From NCBI GenBank assembly GCA_043228905.1, contig JBHGNT010000088.1:30352-94351 (forward strand): a stretch of 64,000 nt of DNA, in the 5' to 3' direction. The stretch is from Azolla caroliniana. Its lineage: Eukaryota; Plantae; Polypodiophyta. How positions within the stretch are numbered: position 1 is the stretch's first letter; every line of letters begins with the position of its first letter. Position numbers and translations under genes: made by a program. A model generated the notes under the pieces. That model had not been told where the DNA came from. It saw nothing but the letters and a program-made list of their open reading frames with translations, and searched no databases. Shown piece after piece: positions 47,566 through 62,000 of the stretch.

Positions 47566-49239
47566 CTCGGCAAAACTTCATGATACTATTCCGAATGCTA
47601 CCTATGTAGCGTTCATCATATTGCCGACTGGCTTGTATTAGGTTCAATTGAACCTCCGGAACGTGTCGTACATCTTTCAACACGAGTTTGCACCCGGTTG
47701 AGGTTTCCAAACACACATCTCCAATGCTGACGATTTGGTAGGGTCCTTCATTTCCCATCTTTATAGATCCAAGATCTTCGGCTCTATAGGATGAGAAGCA
47801 CTTTCAGTCAAGGGTTAGGTGGAATGATGTACCCGAATAGACCACCCATGTCGATCCTTCGCCGACGAGATTCACTTCGTTTTGCTCACTGATGAGCAAC
47901 AACTCCTCAATCGCAACGATTGCGGAGGTGTTCTTTCTGTCTCGGATTTTCTTCGGCTCTACACCATCAGCTCCCCCTTTCTCCTTCGGAAAGTGTTGGC
48001 AGTTTTTCTGGAAGTGCCCCGGCTTCCCACAATAGAAGCACGTGGATTTGCCCCTCGATTTCGACCTGGTCCCTAACTTATCTCGGTTTTGGGGACTTCT
48101 ATTTCGACCTCTTCCCCGAATCGTGTCACCTTCTGTGACTAAGGCCTTCTGATCGGTATTGGACTCTCGGTCCTTCCGGCGAGCTTCTTCATTCAGCAAG
48201 CTCGACTTCACCTACTCTAGGGATAAATGCTTCCCTTCTGGCCCGACGTTGCCCAAAGTGACAACGAGTGTCCCCCAGCTGTTCGGAAGGGATCCCAACA
48301 ATAGTAATGCTAATACCTCATCGGCTAGAGGTACTTCTAGAGAGGTGGTTTGGTTCGTCAAGCCTTGGAAGGCATTGATGTGCTCCGCCATACTAGAGCC
48401 ATCCTGGTACCAGAGCTTCACGATTTTTCGAAATACTGAAACTCGGTTCACGGCATTCTTGTTTTCGAACATGACGCCGATCTTCTTCCATAGGACGTCT
48501 GCTTCTATTTCTTCACCGAAGTTGTTGTATAGACATGAGGCCGCCTTCAAATGCAACACTGCCCAAGTCACTACATCGAACTTGTCTGGTCTTTTGTCTC
48601 CGAATTGCATCGGTAGCTAGAGGTCTTTGCACACGAGCATGTCTCTCATCTTCGACTTCCACACTGAGTAGTTCGAGCCGGTTAGCTTAAACGTGCCGCC
48701 AAACGAGTCTTCCATCGCTCTAATACCACCTTGTTAGGAATCGACCGGCCATAACCGGTTCACGTTCGTATTCGTGTGCTGAGAAACAAGAATTAGTACA
48801 CAAACAAACAAACATAAAAACACAGAGACACCGATATTTTATGTGGAAAACCCGAAATGGGAAAAACCACGGGGGTCCATAAACCCCAAGAAAATAGATC
48901 ACTATAGTAGAGAGGGAGTACAAATACGGAACTCGGAGGCAACAACCTCGAGTTCTCCTTCGTCTGACAGACGACTACAGAGTTACACTCTCACTCACTC
49001 ACTCACTCATGGTTACAGAGGCAACGACCTCATTATATCTTTACAATAATGATCAACTACTCATAGTTACTAAAGTTTTCCCTAGTTGCTTATAAACAAA
49101 ATCAAGTTTCTGGCTATTTACAAGTATAGCCCACAAGGGCATTTTAGACTATTTACAGTTATAGTCTTCCTAAACAATTTCAATTTTGGTTTTCGATTTC
49201 GACTTTCAATTTCGGCCTCGGCCGAGATACTCACCAACA
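47566..49239 (-). mobile_element. Truncated Ty1/Copia element: 5' LTR (48732-49239), PBS, gag and protease
   Basis: LTR with TG...CA ends; tRNA-Met-type PBS TGGTATTAGAGC at 48718-48729; gag ATG at 48715, LLLLGSLPNSW, zinc knuckle CFYCGKPGHFQKNC, protease-region WVVYSGTSFH, LKDVRHVP; in-frame stops. Confidence 0.9.
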
Positions 49240-50250
49240 CGGCACTTCTCTTCCCATCCGGAGGGACATGTTTCCCAACAAGGATGCAGGTCTGGTTCAC
49301 ACACCTCGAATGGTTTATCAAAGAAGAAGGTCAGATGATCACGCAAGGGCACCGGGAAGGGAGGATGTTCATCCTCGACACCAATTATGTCGGCACCGCA
49401 ATGTTTGCCAAAGGACAAAAAGTCGATTCTGATATCGAGTTGTGGTATAAGCAGATCAGCCACGACAATTATCAAAGGCTTTAGGAGTTGCAAACGAAAC
49501 AAGTTGTGTTCGGTTTGGTAAAATTCATTGGCCGGAAGGCCCAAACTTGTGAAGCCTACCAACTAGGGAAGCCACACCAACTTCCTTTCTTCAACTAGCG
49601 AAACCAGAGTCGCAACAAGCTCAACTTAATACATTCGGATGTATGGGGACCGACACAGAATGTGAGATTAGGCAGGCGTCGATACTTCGTCTCCTTCATC
49701 GACGACTATAGTCGCCACACGTGGATCTACCTGGTAGAAAAGAAGAGTGACGTCTTTGACTATTTTCGGAACCTGAAGAGCTTAGTAGAGAGGGAAATGG
49801 AGAGGAAGATCAAGTGTTTGTGGTCACATGGCAGAATGGAATACTTTTCCGACTAGTTCAACTGTTATTTGCAACAAAATGGGAATTCAGTAGGAATTCA
49901 GTTGTAGATATACACCAGATCAGAACGGTGTAGCCCAAAGGAAGAATCAATTGGTTGTGGAAGCGGTAAGGGAAATGCTATAGGAAAAGAGCATGCCGAA
50001 ATTTTATTGGGCCGAAGCCATTTGGACGGCAATATATATCCAGAATCGGATTTCGACAACCGGAGAGAAGGTGTCAACTGATGAGTTGTATTTTGGGCAC
50101 AAGACGAACTTGAAGCACCTAAGGGTATTCGGTAGCATCACATATGTGCATGTGCCGGATGAGACGTGGAAGAAAATAGATGCCAAGTCAGATAAATGTA
50201 TCTTGGTCGGCTATTCACATGCACAGAAGGGGTATAAGTGCTACAACTAT
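49240..50250 (+). mobile_element. Ty1/Copia GAG-pre-integrase and integrase fragment
   Basis: ELWYKQISH, LIHSDVWGP, RYFVSFIDDYSRHTWIY, QNGVAQRKN, FYWAEAI.TAIYIQNR, LRVFGS..YVHVP, KGYKCY; stops present. Confidence 0.92.
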
Positions 50251-51557
50251 TGTGAATGTGGTCGTCTAGTGCGGAACAAGTCAACACTCTTCTGTTGTGA
50301 ATGTCGGGAGTTGCCAGTTGAGGTCTTCACGGTGTAGAGTGGAAGAGTTGCTGATGGAGACAAAGTAGACGGAGGCAGCAGAATCGAAAACACCAAGCTT
50401 TGATACCAAATTTTGTGAACGTGGTCATCTAGTGCGGAACAAATCAACACTCTTCTAAAGAGAAGATCATAAACAGATACAATCAAGGTAGATTGATGGC
50501 AACAGAGACAGCGAACAATGAGTCTCTTAGAAGGCAAGACAGAGATGTTAGGCACAAGATGACCTATATTTGCAACAACTATTTGACTAGGTTACAAAGT
50601 TAGTGTATATACTGACTAACTTAGGGCAACTGCCCTTCTTATTATTTACATAAATAGCCTAAACCTAGTGTGTACAAAAGGAGACAATGTGAATACGTCC
50701 ATTAGAGACCCGCATTCAACACTCTCCCGTAATGGGAGTATTCATTGAAAATTTGTAAATCGACATCAATACAAAGTTTTCGAACAAATCAAAATTCCGT
50801 TTGAGTCGATGAACTTGGAAAAAAACAAAACTGAAAGCTGAACTGGCCCAGATTGGGAAAACTAAGACCAAGCTTTGAGTTGTCGAAGTCGATTGTTCAA
50901 AAAACGTCCTGAGTGTCTAACTAATCAGACTGATTCTTAGTTACACCCATCTAGTACCATAGGGATAAGAATCGATCCGCTGAAAGACACTAGGTCATTC
51001 CATCTGCGACATTATCGGTTGTAGGTATCTTTTCGAGGCTGATTTTCCCTGAAATGACGCAATCTTGAACAAAGTGATATCGAACGTCGATGTGCTTTGA
51101 GGCGTTGTGCTGAACCGGATTTTTTGAGAGAGCAAGAACACCCTGACTATCATTGTAGAAAACTAGAGTTGAGTCGAATTCGACTTGTCAAAACATGTGC
51201 ACTAGCCGACCAAGCCATAAAGCCTCTTTCGCCACATCGGACGCGGCTGCATATTCGGCCTCGATTGTCGATGTGGCAGTGCACTCCTGGAGTTTTGATT
51301 TCCAAGAGATCGCTCCATTGCCAAATTTGAAGCAATATCCAATTGTTGATTTTGTCACTGTCCACACAGCCAGCAAAGTCCGAGTCGGTATAGCCGACTA
51401 CGCCTCAGGTGTCGTTCAGGCCGAATAGAATGCCAAGGTCTTTTGTGCCCACCAGATATCTGAACACATGCTTTACTGCATTCCACTGCGATCGGCTAGG
51501 GTTGTGCATGAATTTGCTGACGACTCCTATGGCGTGAGCAATGGCAAGTCGTGTCGT
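50251..51557 (-). mobile_element. Ty1/Copia RNase H, PPT and LTR (50414-50721) followed by PBS, leader and a second LTR end
   Basis: GYTDSDFAG, ISWKSKLQ...STIEAEY, SKHIDVRYHFV, DNVADGMT; purine tract at 50722-50730; LTR TG...CA; PBS TGGTATCAAAGC at 50397-50408; LTR-end copy at 50251-50293. Confidence 0.88.
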
Positions 51558-53924
51558 TGTTACCGATTAGGAACACTGTCTACGGTTAGTCCTTCAACGT
51601 AGACTTCAAGGTGACTATGTCGCAAGGAATGGTATTGTCGCACCGTAATACATAATGGGATACTCCCACGTATCCTATTAGCGTATAAGGGAGAAGGCAA
51701 CAACCGAGCTCCTTGGGAAGTGCATTAGTATCCGCACTTACGCCTACACCCTTACGATTAACAATACGCAACAGAGAACAAAGACACAGTAGATAAGAAA
51801 ACCACAGATATGCACAAAACTCTGAGAAGATAGTAGTCTATTATGAAAGCGCTCTGTGCACCAAAATTACACGCTCCCTCTTACAAAGGATTTCTGCCCT
51901 TTATATAAATAGGGTCTTTTAGCCGTTCACGCTTCCCGCGTGAACCATTACATGCGTTTCTTACGCTTTTACTATATTATAATATTTATGCGCTTCTGTC
52001 CATCGGTTACTATTCCAGCGAACAACCCCTGGTAGTCTTCGTCCTCCGACTCTTCATCCTCGGAATCGTTGTTATTCCAGCGATTCCGGTAGTGCCGGTC
52101 ATCGCGTGAATTCCGATCTGTATACCGGGGTCGTTCTTCTTGGCGCCTTTGATCATTACGGCGAGGTGGTCGTTGTGTTTCTACGCTTTGTACTGTGAGC
52201 ATGGGTCTGTTCAACATATTGTACTCACACTGCTCGACCGTGTGTGCTTTCGAGTGACAAATTGGGCAGTGGATTCGCATGTTGCATTCCACTACGGAAT
52301 GCCCAGAATTGAGGCAAATCATGCACTGGATTGCCTGGCGAAAATGTCGTTCCTCATCTTGAGGTAACGCTTGTCGTAATGAGGACATGGAAAACCTTTC
52401 CTCTTCTTTGTCCAACTCGAGATGTAACGCTCGTTCTATGACCATATCAGTTGTTTCTCCTTTCACGCTATTGTTGTTGAGCGTCGTCCATATCGGTCGC
52501 CGTAAGGCTGCCAGAAATGTCTCCCGAGCCTCGTCCTTTATAGGGCCCCGTTCTAATTTCCACCGCAAATTTTGGAAGCGTAAACTAAAGTCTGCGATAG
52601 TCTCGGCTGGCAACTGTTTGATTGTATAGAACTGCCCGAGGATTTCGCGTTGCGGTACCCTCCGATGAAAGAAAGGCAGAAAGGCCGACTGTAGTTGGTC
52701 GTAGGTTGTAATTGTTGGTAGATCCATCTACAAATGCCAAAACACAGCTCTACCATCCAGAGTTAATCCAAACTCTGTCATTTTGGACTGGTGCGCTACC
52801 TCTTCTGGAAGTCTCTACACCATGTGATTCGCATTCCAAACATTCAGGAACAGGCAAATGTGGGTTGCGGCGTCTGTTTCGCCGTTGAAACGGGGATACG
52901 AGAAGGCCATGCCAGATGCTACAACGGGTAGGGGAAGACCACAGTAGTTGTGTGGTGACGGAACTTCCTACATGTTGCCGCGATGTTTGGTGAGTGGGAA
53001 GTCGACTTTGTGGTCCCAACCAATATCATTGAGGCGAGGTTTTTGCCTTGCACGGTTCCTTGCCTAGCGTGTGATGGACCTTGTGATTGGTCGGTCTTGT
53101 CGTGTCAGTTCTCTAGGTCGTCTACGGCTAAACATCCATTCGTCGTTGTTCGTCTATGAAAAGACACAGATCACCAAGCGTGCCAAACGTGTTACCAATT
53201 AAGAACACTGTCTACGGTCAGTCCTTCGACGTAGACTTCAAGGTGACTATGTTGCAAGGAATGGTACCGTCGCACCGTAATACGTTGTCGCGTTCTTACG
53301 CGCGTGCGTGTAGTAGGGGCGGGACCACGGCGGTCTCGGACGAGGGAGAAAGGGATGCCGAGAAAACCAACTCCAGACACGACCCGGAGGCAACCGAGCA
53401 CGAGAGACAGAGAGAGAAAGAGCATGCGCGCAACACCGACTCGTATACACAGAAAGCAAAAGGGGCTAAGCTCCCAGCACCTCCGAATACACCAATATGA
53501 ACAAACTGATATGATTGTATGTATATTACAAAGGGGAAAGATACAACCCCGGCTTCAAGCCGGGCTACGCTCAGAAGAAAAGAAGTTAACCGAACAGCTT
53601 TGCCACCATAGCTGCGGCACCCGACTTCCCAAGAAGGAGAAGAAGAAGAAAAGAAAACAGGAAGTTACTAACCCTAGGAACTCTTAACAAAAGAAAGACC
53701 CTCTACAAAATGGTATACCCTTACGACTCAAAATGGGGAACCCTTTCAAAAGGGACCCCTCCCTTCCTTTTATAGCCCAAGGAGGGAGAGACGTTACAAC
53801 GTCGGACAAATACTCCCCCTTTATTCTACACACCGTTTTCCTGCTATACATGTGCACATGTTGCACACCACCGACTTGCCCTTTCCACCCCGGTTTCACA
53901 CCGTAGCCGAAAATCTTCACGACA
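51558..53924 (-). mobile_element. Truncated Ty3/Gypsy element: 5' LTR (53190-53924), PBS, gag; related LTR fragment at 51558-about 51970
   Basis: LTR TGTCGTG...GGTAACA; PBS-like TGGCACGCTTGGTG at about 53172-53185; Retrotrans_gag-like ORF (FYTIKQLPAETIADFSLRFQNL) with two CCHC knuckles CMICLNSGHSVVEC and CPICHSKAHTVEQC; no pol. Confidence 0.85.
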
Positions 53925-54088
53925 ACGTAATATATAAGGGAAATGGCTACAACCAAGCTCCTTGGGAAGTGCACTAGTATCCACACTTATGCCTACACCC
54001 TTATGATTAACAGTACGCAACAAAGAACAATGACACAATAGATAAAAAAACCACAAATATGCACAGAACTCCGAGAAGATAGCACAAA
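53925..54088 (-). mobile_element. LTR fragment similar to 51680-51832, truncated at the duplication breakpoint
   Basis: tataaggga.a.ggc.acaacc.agctccttgggaagtgca.tagtatcc...gagaagatag is shared with 51680-51832. Confidence 0.8.
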
Positions 54089-54969
54089 ATTGCTTTATCT
54101 TTGAAATTAGTCATAAATATATATTCAAATGGGATGAAGGTTTGAACTCAAGGGAGTTACATAGCTAGCAAAAGGTACTGGGGTGTAGGACGACAATGAA
54201 TGAGTGTAAACGTTATGGCCTGAAAATCAATGGTGCGGACTTTCTTAGCTCAAAATCCATGGTTTATTTAGGCCTGGTATCTAGCCGCATACCACTCGGA
54301 ATGCACTCATGTACCTACTACCAATCTTATACAATAGATGCAAGATTACAAAAATTAGTAACCCACTACCTAATACCAATTTTGATTAAATAGAAATGTA
54401 ATGCCCTTGCCTTTGGATCTGTTGATCTCAAAATCTAAAATATAGCATGAGGGTAAATTTTGTGGTACCAGATGCTATTTTATGTTCATATGTTGACCTT
54501 TGATGTGGTTGCCTCTGGTTAAAACCCCTCAAACCATTCTTTTCTTAATGTAAATGTTCGTTGTTTATCATTAGTATTTTGATTCGTAATTTTGGTGTCA
54601 TGCACTTATGATCTTTTATCTCTTTAGGTGTTTTATTCTTGGGCAATTGATGATCAATCCAGGAAGGTGGGGCAATTGTTTAATGACCATATTGTTAGTT
54701 TGATTTCGACTTTCTTTGTTAATGTTTGAATGATCATTTTTTAGTGTTTTTTTTTTATGTTAGCTATATCGTTTAGTAATATTCAATCTGGTTTTTGATT
54801 GATTGTTTGTCAATGTTTAAACAGTGATTAATTGATAGGATGTTCAATTTAATGTTTCATCAATCATTCGTAGATATTCAATTTATAATTTAATTGATAT
54901 TTTATGTAACACTAACTAGTTGTGAGTTTTATTAGACGATCGAAGATATGTAATCACTAATTTATTCAA

Positions 54970-55485
54970 TATTAATTGATTGTTATCCATCCAAATTTTT
55001 TATCATTACCTATTTCGTTTCGTGGATCATTGCTTGCTTTTATATTTCTTATTTATCAATTATTAATTCATTGTTATTGTTTATTAATATATCGTTTTTC
55101 AATATTTTATTTGATATTTGTTGATTATTAATTAATTATTAGCGTGTGATGGTTTGTTGTGAAATCTCATTCATTCTCGCATTTACTGCTTCACGACTTA
55201 ACATGGATCTCACAATTATATCCACAATTATTAATTGATTGTTATCCATCCAAATTTTTTATCATTACCTATTTCGTTTCGTGGATCATTGCTTGCTTTT
55301 ATATTTCTTATTTATCAATGATTAATTCATTGTTATTGTTTATTAATATATCGTTTTTCAATATTTTATTTGATATTTGTTGATTATTAATTAATTATTA
55401 GCGTGTGATGGTTTGTTGTGAAACCTCATTCATTCTCGCATTTACTGCTTCACGACTTAACATGGATCTCACAATTATATCCACA
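54970..55485. repeat. 259-bp tandem repeat, 2 units (copy B)
   Basis: Units start at 54970 and 55229; one fewer than in copy A. Confidence 0.93.
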
Positions 55486-56830
55486 CGTGACATGGATTAC
55501 CAAAACCACCCATGTGGCTAAATTCAGTAATTACCCGGGTAATTTACGCCTTGTGCTCACATACTTATTATCTCTCGGGGATAGTTTAGTTACCTCTTGC
55601 ACTCGAATGCTTATTATCTCGGGGATGGTTAAACACTACATGACCTGTAGATAATTTATGCCTGTGTAAACTCATATTCACTGAGGCTTGAAATTCATGG
55701 AAGTAATTTCCGAGCAAACAGATGGATGTAGGGGTGCAAGGTCAACTCCTTGTGTGAATACCCCTCTGAATGTATAAGGCGCTCTCACAGGTTTAGAGTA
55801 GAATAACATTCATGAATGTTTTCTATATCTCTATCTTAGTGATGCATGACAACTACTTGAGGCTCAACCATGGATATATGTCGTTAAAACAAAAAAATAA
55901 AATGAATTTATGGCCAAAGTACTGGTCCTAGCTAGTAGCCCTTAACATTATATTGTGACCAATCCCAGGTTACATAAATTGTAATTGTGTCACATGCACA
56001 TAGTGTGCACTTGTACTTTTTTATATCTTTATATATAGCTAAAGTTGTTTTATATGGCATTAAATGTTTTTAAAAGTTTATTTTTTTTATTTTTTTATTT
56101 TTTATTTTTTTCCAAAAGAGAATATACTCCATTAGTTAAAATATACATGAACACGATCCCTTTCTCTGGTAGGCCGTGCCAAGATTATCCTAGCCTACAT
56201 ACGAGATCTCACTTATTTATCTTACACTTTTACATATGACTCAAGCCATCCTTTCATGTGATTCATAGATATACCAAAACAATATCAGAGATTGATTTAT
56301 GTATGTGTAGCTTCCAAGGCAAGGCCCATAAAATGATCAAATACCAAGGTCAGGTTAAGGTTAGGAGGATTCAAATGTGCAACAAGGGATGTTATGGTTT
56401 TATATTCAATCACAACACCACCACAATAACAAGAAAAGAAAGCATCAATATAAGTTCCGCACTTAAAAATAATACATGGTGGTTACATTAGATTTATACA
56501 AATAATGTTGAAGTGGTAACCGCCTTGTATGTCAAGTGGCACTCTAGTATTATAAATTAGATACGTTGTCATTAGGTACTTCATATTAAACTATACAAAT
56601 GGTGACTTGTGTTCAAAAATCTTACTTTGAGCTAATCAAAATCAATTCTAACGTTCACAATAGGCCCGAGATAAATGTTTTAGGAGAACTATAAGCCAAG
56701 TTGCCAACCATATCTCAAGGACGAAATTTGGATAAGAACATTTGGAGTCATAGTTTGCCAAAATAACACATCACACAACGATGAACGCTTAAGTAATGGA
56801 ACACGATGAAAGGATCACTAAATATTTTTG

Positions 56831-57198
56831 ATAGCAAGTACTTTAGTACACATAAGTACTTCAATAGTAAGATCATAACGTTTGAGTGTTAAACTTAAGG
56901 GGTGAGCTTAAGGGGATCCCAAGTGTGCCACAAGGGTCATTATAGTTTTGTCTTTGGAACGATGACACCACGATGCAACACACTTTTGTATTTTCCATTT
57001 GTCAACGCCTAGACTCATAATAGAGAATTGAAATAATTATCTGGACCTATATAAACATCTAGATGGTGAAAACGTTGTATGCCAAAGACAATTTTCTAAC
57101 ATAAAGAATTTCTCTCATTTACACTATGTTTGACATGTTTCCATAAAAGTTAGAGGGTTGATGGAGAACTGTGCATTATCCTTAAACACTTGGAATGC
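56831..57198 (-). pseudogene. Partial duplicate of the 2OGD 3' end (copy B)
   Basis: Same sequence as 38113-38480. Confidence 0.85.
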
Positions 57199-57503
57199 GA
57201 CGATGAATGCTCAAGGAATGGAACACGATTCTAGGATCACTAAATATTGTTGTTAGATTTGGACCATTATATATGATTGTTCATACCACAAGGCTTTACT
57301 TTATTGACTCCCCCTCATTTCTTATAACATGTTGAAAAGGCACAAAATCAAAGTTATTCAACCATATATTATGATTTTATTTTATTAAATGTATTTTACA
57401 TTTTTGTGTCATTCTCGTAAGACTGACTATTATTTTCAATAGCAAGTGCATTAGTAAACAAGAAGTACTTCAATAGTAAGATCGTAACGTTTGAGTGTTA
57501 AAT

Positions 57504-59092
57504 TTAATGGGCGAGCTTAGGGGGATCCAAGTGTGCCACAAGGGTCATTATAGTTTTGTCTTCGGCGACGACACCACGATGCAACGCACTTTTGTATTTT
57601 CCATTCGTCAAAGCCTACAATCGTAATAATAAATTGAAATCATTATCTCCTATATAAACATTTGTATGGTGAGTACGTTGTATGCCAAGGGCAACTTTCT
57701 AACATAAAGAATTTCTCTCATTTCTTTAGATGAATGTTTCCATAAAAGTTTCATTGATATTTTATAGGTAGTAAAAGAAGTCTTACTTTTAGTTGATCCC
57801 CAACATTGATGACCACTGCATTGGGTACTGGGTTGATGGAGAACCATGCATTATCCTTAAACACTTGGAGGCCATCCATCTCCTTATCTTGTAGTAGAAT
57901 AGTAAGACACCCATGGTCGGTATGACCATGTGTCCCGAGGACCAAGTCAGGTCGAGGACATGGAGGATAGTAGTTTGCACGGAAGAACAAGTTGTTACAT
58001 TTGAATGTGTTCACAAGGTAATCACTATCCTTGAACCCTAGATTTTCAGACATTGCCACAAGGAGACGCTTGATGAGGCCCTCTACCTCATTGCCATAAG
58101 ACTCAACTGCACTCCTGGGGAAAATGGACATTCAAATGGGCTATTAATATTGTCCCATGTTGGGAAATAAGGTCTATAGTACATGTTTTTTGGCACGTTC
58201 ATTGGGACAAGAAGGCGACATTCAATATTTTTGACAATCAAGGAACAAAATTTAGTTACAATAAGAAGTATTTACGAAAAGAAGTTTGGGCCTAATTGGT
58301 ATTGGGGGCCACATGTGCAATATTATCCATAATGATTGATCTCATGGCACAAATGAAGTTTCTACCGTAACAGAACTATGCATGGCCCACTACCTACCTA
58401 AATGCCTCGATGGGAAAGTGTTATGAGGAATATAAAGGTGAACCGAAAATGCCATCAGTAGAAATGCACGTAACATTAGGTCCTAATGGACAACAAAATG
58501 CCAGTTAGATAGATAGATATCTTTTTAACATCCATGGGAGACTCGTCGTGATCTATGAGACTAGGCCATGACAAAACATAAAACATGTTTAGGCAAGGAC
58601 TTGGGAGCACCTTAGTTGTGGAGGTTGTGAAGGCCACAAGTCTAGCTTCTTGAGACTAGGAGGAGCCAGGAAGCCGAAAAGGGAATCCATCCAGTTGTCA
58701 GCTGTGCCTCGAAAGAAGAGTGTGCGTCCGTACCCTTGCAACTTCTCCATGTCCCCGTCCTTCTGGTCCTCAGCATTGACGACATAGCCATGCTTTTCCG
58801 GACTAGGGAGCTCGAAGAAATCTTTGGCACTACGTCGAGCATCCTCGATGATGTCGATCGGAATGCCATGGTTGATCGCTTGGAAGAAGCCCCATTCCTC
58901 GCATGCACTCGCGATGGCGCTCAATGTGGTGGCCTTGGTGGAAGGAAGAGCGTCGCATTGCAAGCCACTTAGGTCGATGAGAGGAAGGGTCCTCTCAAGA
59001 AGGGGTTGTGGTGGCCTAGGACGATCCTCGGGTGAGACAATGAAGTTGACAGGAACTTCCTTCATGCACGACAATGTTTGGACCATGGCCAT
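57504..59092 (-). CDS. 2-oxoglutarate/Fe(II)-dependent dioxygenase (DOXC class), copy B, 306 aa, truncated; possible pseudogene
   Basis: Exons 58611-59092, 57787-58114, 57504-57614; differs from copy A at three residues seen (VPINF to VPVNF, ADDW to ADNW, GVIK to GLIK). Confidence 0.85.
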
Positions 59093-62000
59093 CTCTCCCT
59101 CTATAGAGTTGCTTCTATATGAAATCTTGATCTTAATTGTTGTGTCTTGTCACTATGTATGTCTCTCCCCATGCCTCTACATATTTATATGTATAGCAAG
59201 TAGTATCTTATGGACGCTTGTGCTTATTTATTTATTTGAAAATTAGTTTAGCAAGCCATATCTTATGGACACGTGCTTAATTATTTATTTGAAAATTAGT
59301 TAGAGTAGTTGACATTAAAATGTGGATATTGAGTTACAAGAACTTAACTTGTTCAAGGTCACATGTTGTATATGAGGAGACCTACTGTAGCATTAAGATA
59401 GTCAAGATGGGTGTTCAATGCGACTAAGATGGGTGTCCAATGCTATAGCAAACATGTGTTGTGTGGAGCCTCAAACCTCATTTAAGATAAGATAATGTTC
59501 CGTAGAGAGGGGTGAGGCGGGATGGTATGCCAACACAACCTTACAATTATCGGTTTGCGTCTTCAAATGTGGGCCCCATCATAAGGGAGTCATTGGACTT
59601 TGCATATGGCTGAGATCTAGAAGAATACTTAAAACATTTACATACTTGAATCATTAAAGAAAAAAGATAGAGAAATGAAACTAGACACTTCCAAAGTTAT
59701 CACAACATAATGGGGTGCCTTTAATAGGCAACAAGTTTATTAATAGGGCGTCCACATCCTTATCGATATCAATTTATCTTACGAGTCATCAAGGTAGTGC
59801 TAAGTGGATAAGGGACCAATGACAATTCTTTGTGTATACGCTTCGTAAAGATGGTGCATTTAGGTGAGAACAAAAGTTAGAGCCATATACATTATATATG
59901 CTTGTCTATTTGAAAGTGTATGACGTTTCATGAAAAGATGGACTTAGGCTAGGTTAAATTTTGGCCCATTCCATACCTCTTTTGAAAAACTCAATGGACA
60001 CTTGATGTGTTTGTATAAGCAAGTATAGGATGTGCATTCTATATCCGTCCTCACCCCATACTATACCAAGTACTTAACGACATCAACGTTGTGAGGTTGG
60101 AACAGTTATAAAATATATGGCAATTTGTGATTGACAGATTCCGTGCAAGGATACAACCTTCTTAGCCTCAACAACCCAACTCCTGATATTCACATAGTTG
60201 GCCACATGCTAGCAATAAGTGCCTTATAATGATTTACTCACTCTAAGACTACAAATGTATACTTGCCATTGCAAATAGAATAGAATAGAATCATTATCGT
60301 TTTATAGGGAGACCAAGTTTGACCTATGGGACCAAATAAACATTTAATCTTGTATATTACTCCGAAGGTGGGAAATTTACCAGTTTTCTTCGCTCTTACA
60401 ATGGGGTTACTACTCTGTAGTAAAAATTCTCTATGTGAGAATAATGTACGCACATATGTGATCTCTCTTCTTGATGGGGATTTGGGTATGACACCTAAAT
60501 TGTCGTGTCCATATAGTAAGTCATCATACTTCTTGTGAATTTAGCTCATATGTTGAGCATGCAAGAAGTGGTATTCATCCTCCATTATGTTCGTTGAATA
60601 CGTTCATATTAGGGTGATGATGCCATGATCCTACCTAAACAAGTAGCTAGTGAGCAGTGTTAAGGCTCTTTAAGCACCAATGCTCATGGGGGTAGGAAGA
60701 GGTGGTCGGATATGTTCTAGCATTTTTATCTTGGTTCGAGGCTAACATTGGAGGTCAACATTTGGAATGTGATATTCTAATTTTGACATTTTAGCATCTT
60801 ACTACTTCATACTTTATAGTATAGTACGTAATATATCGAATGCATTGGCAAACATTCTTTTTCATACGAATGCAAAAAGAATGTGTATGCTATCAAAACA
60901 TTCTTATGTTTTTTTTTACACTTTTTAACTTAGCTTTCTTGCCTTAAAAAAATTACCTTATAATTAATTAATTAATAATGAATACAAAAGTATGGTATTT
61001 CCCATACTTTGTGGGTGTTTACCATACGCGAATGATTGAAACAATCTCGAATGCAAATACACGTATGGTTCAAACTTCATACTATGCTTGCATTGCTCGA
61101 AAGCTCCAATATATATATTACTCCCCATCTTTTAAAGCATTTCATAATATCAATGAGAGGATTTTGCGTTGATTGGTTTTTAGTACCTTGCATTCAACAT
61201 TCCAAGCTTGTTTTGGTACTTGTATACTCTTTGCATGGCTAATACCTCTTTGGGCCTAGCACTTGTTTCTAATATGATGACAAGTTAGGATGTTACGGGT
61301 TTCCCCCCCAATTGTTTGGGGAGAGAAAGATAGACACACAATATATTTCACTATAGAAGCCATAAAGACTTATGAAACCCACAACAATCAAATATGGACT
61401 TGTTATCATGAAAACACAACAAAGTCATAGGACACTCACAACTTCTTTTTCACAAATATGATCAAAATCTAGCTAAGCATTTAACAGGATTTGGTCTCTC
61501 TAAGAGCTGCAGGATACAAAAAAGTTTTCATTAAGTGAAGTTCAAAATGGTGCAGCTTCCAGAATCATCCTTGAGTATAAATCATACACAAAAATCTGGT
61601 TCTCATACAACAAGCACACACACAACAAGACTTCATTTCCAAAATTTGAAGAATTTGATGTTATCAAGACCGACTCAAAATCAATTCAATTCCTTGAGCA
61701 AAAAATAGGAGTATGTATATTTGAATCATCTCTGAACCTCTCTTCTAATATATGTTGCCAAGAATCTTTCTTTGCTCATCTTCAGCAATTCAGCACACAT
61801 GAATTTCCATTTCCAAAAGTACAAACAACCTTTGTTTTATATGTACAAGCATTACACATTATATGACTTGTGACCCATTTTTCCCAAAATTTGTGGTATT
61901 GTATGTTATCATGACCGACTCAAAATCAAATCAATTCCTTGAACCAAAAATAGGAGTATATATATTTGAATCATGTCTGAACCTCTCTTCTAATATAAGT

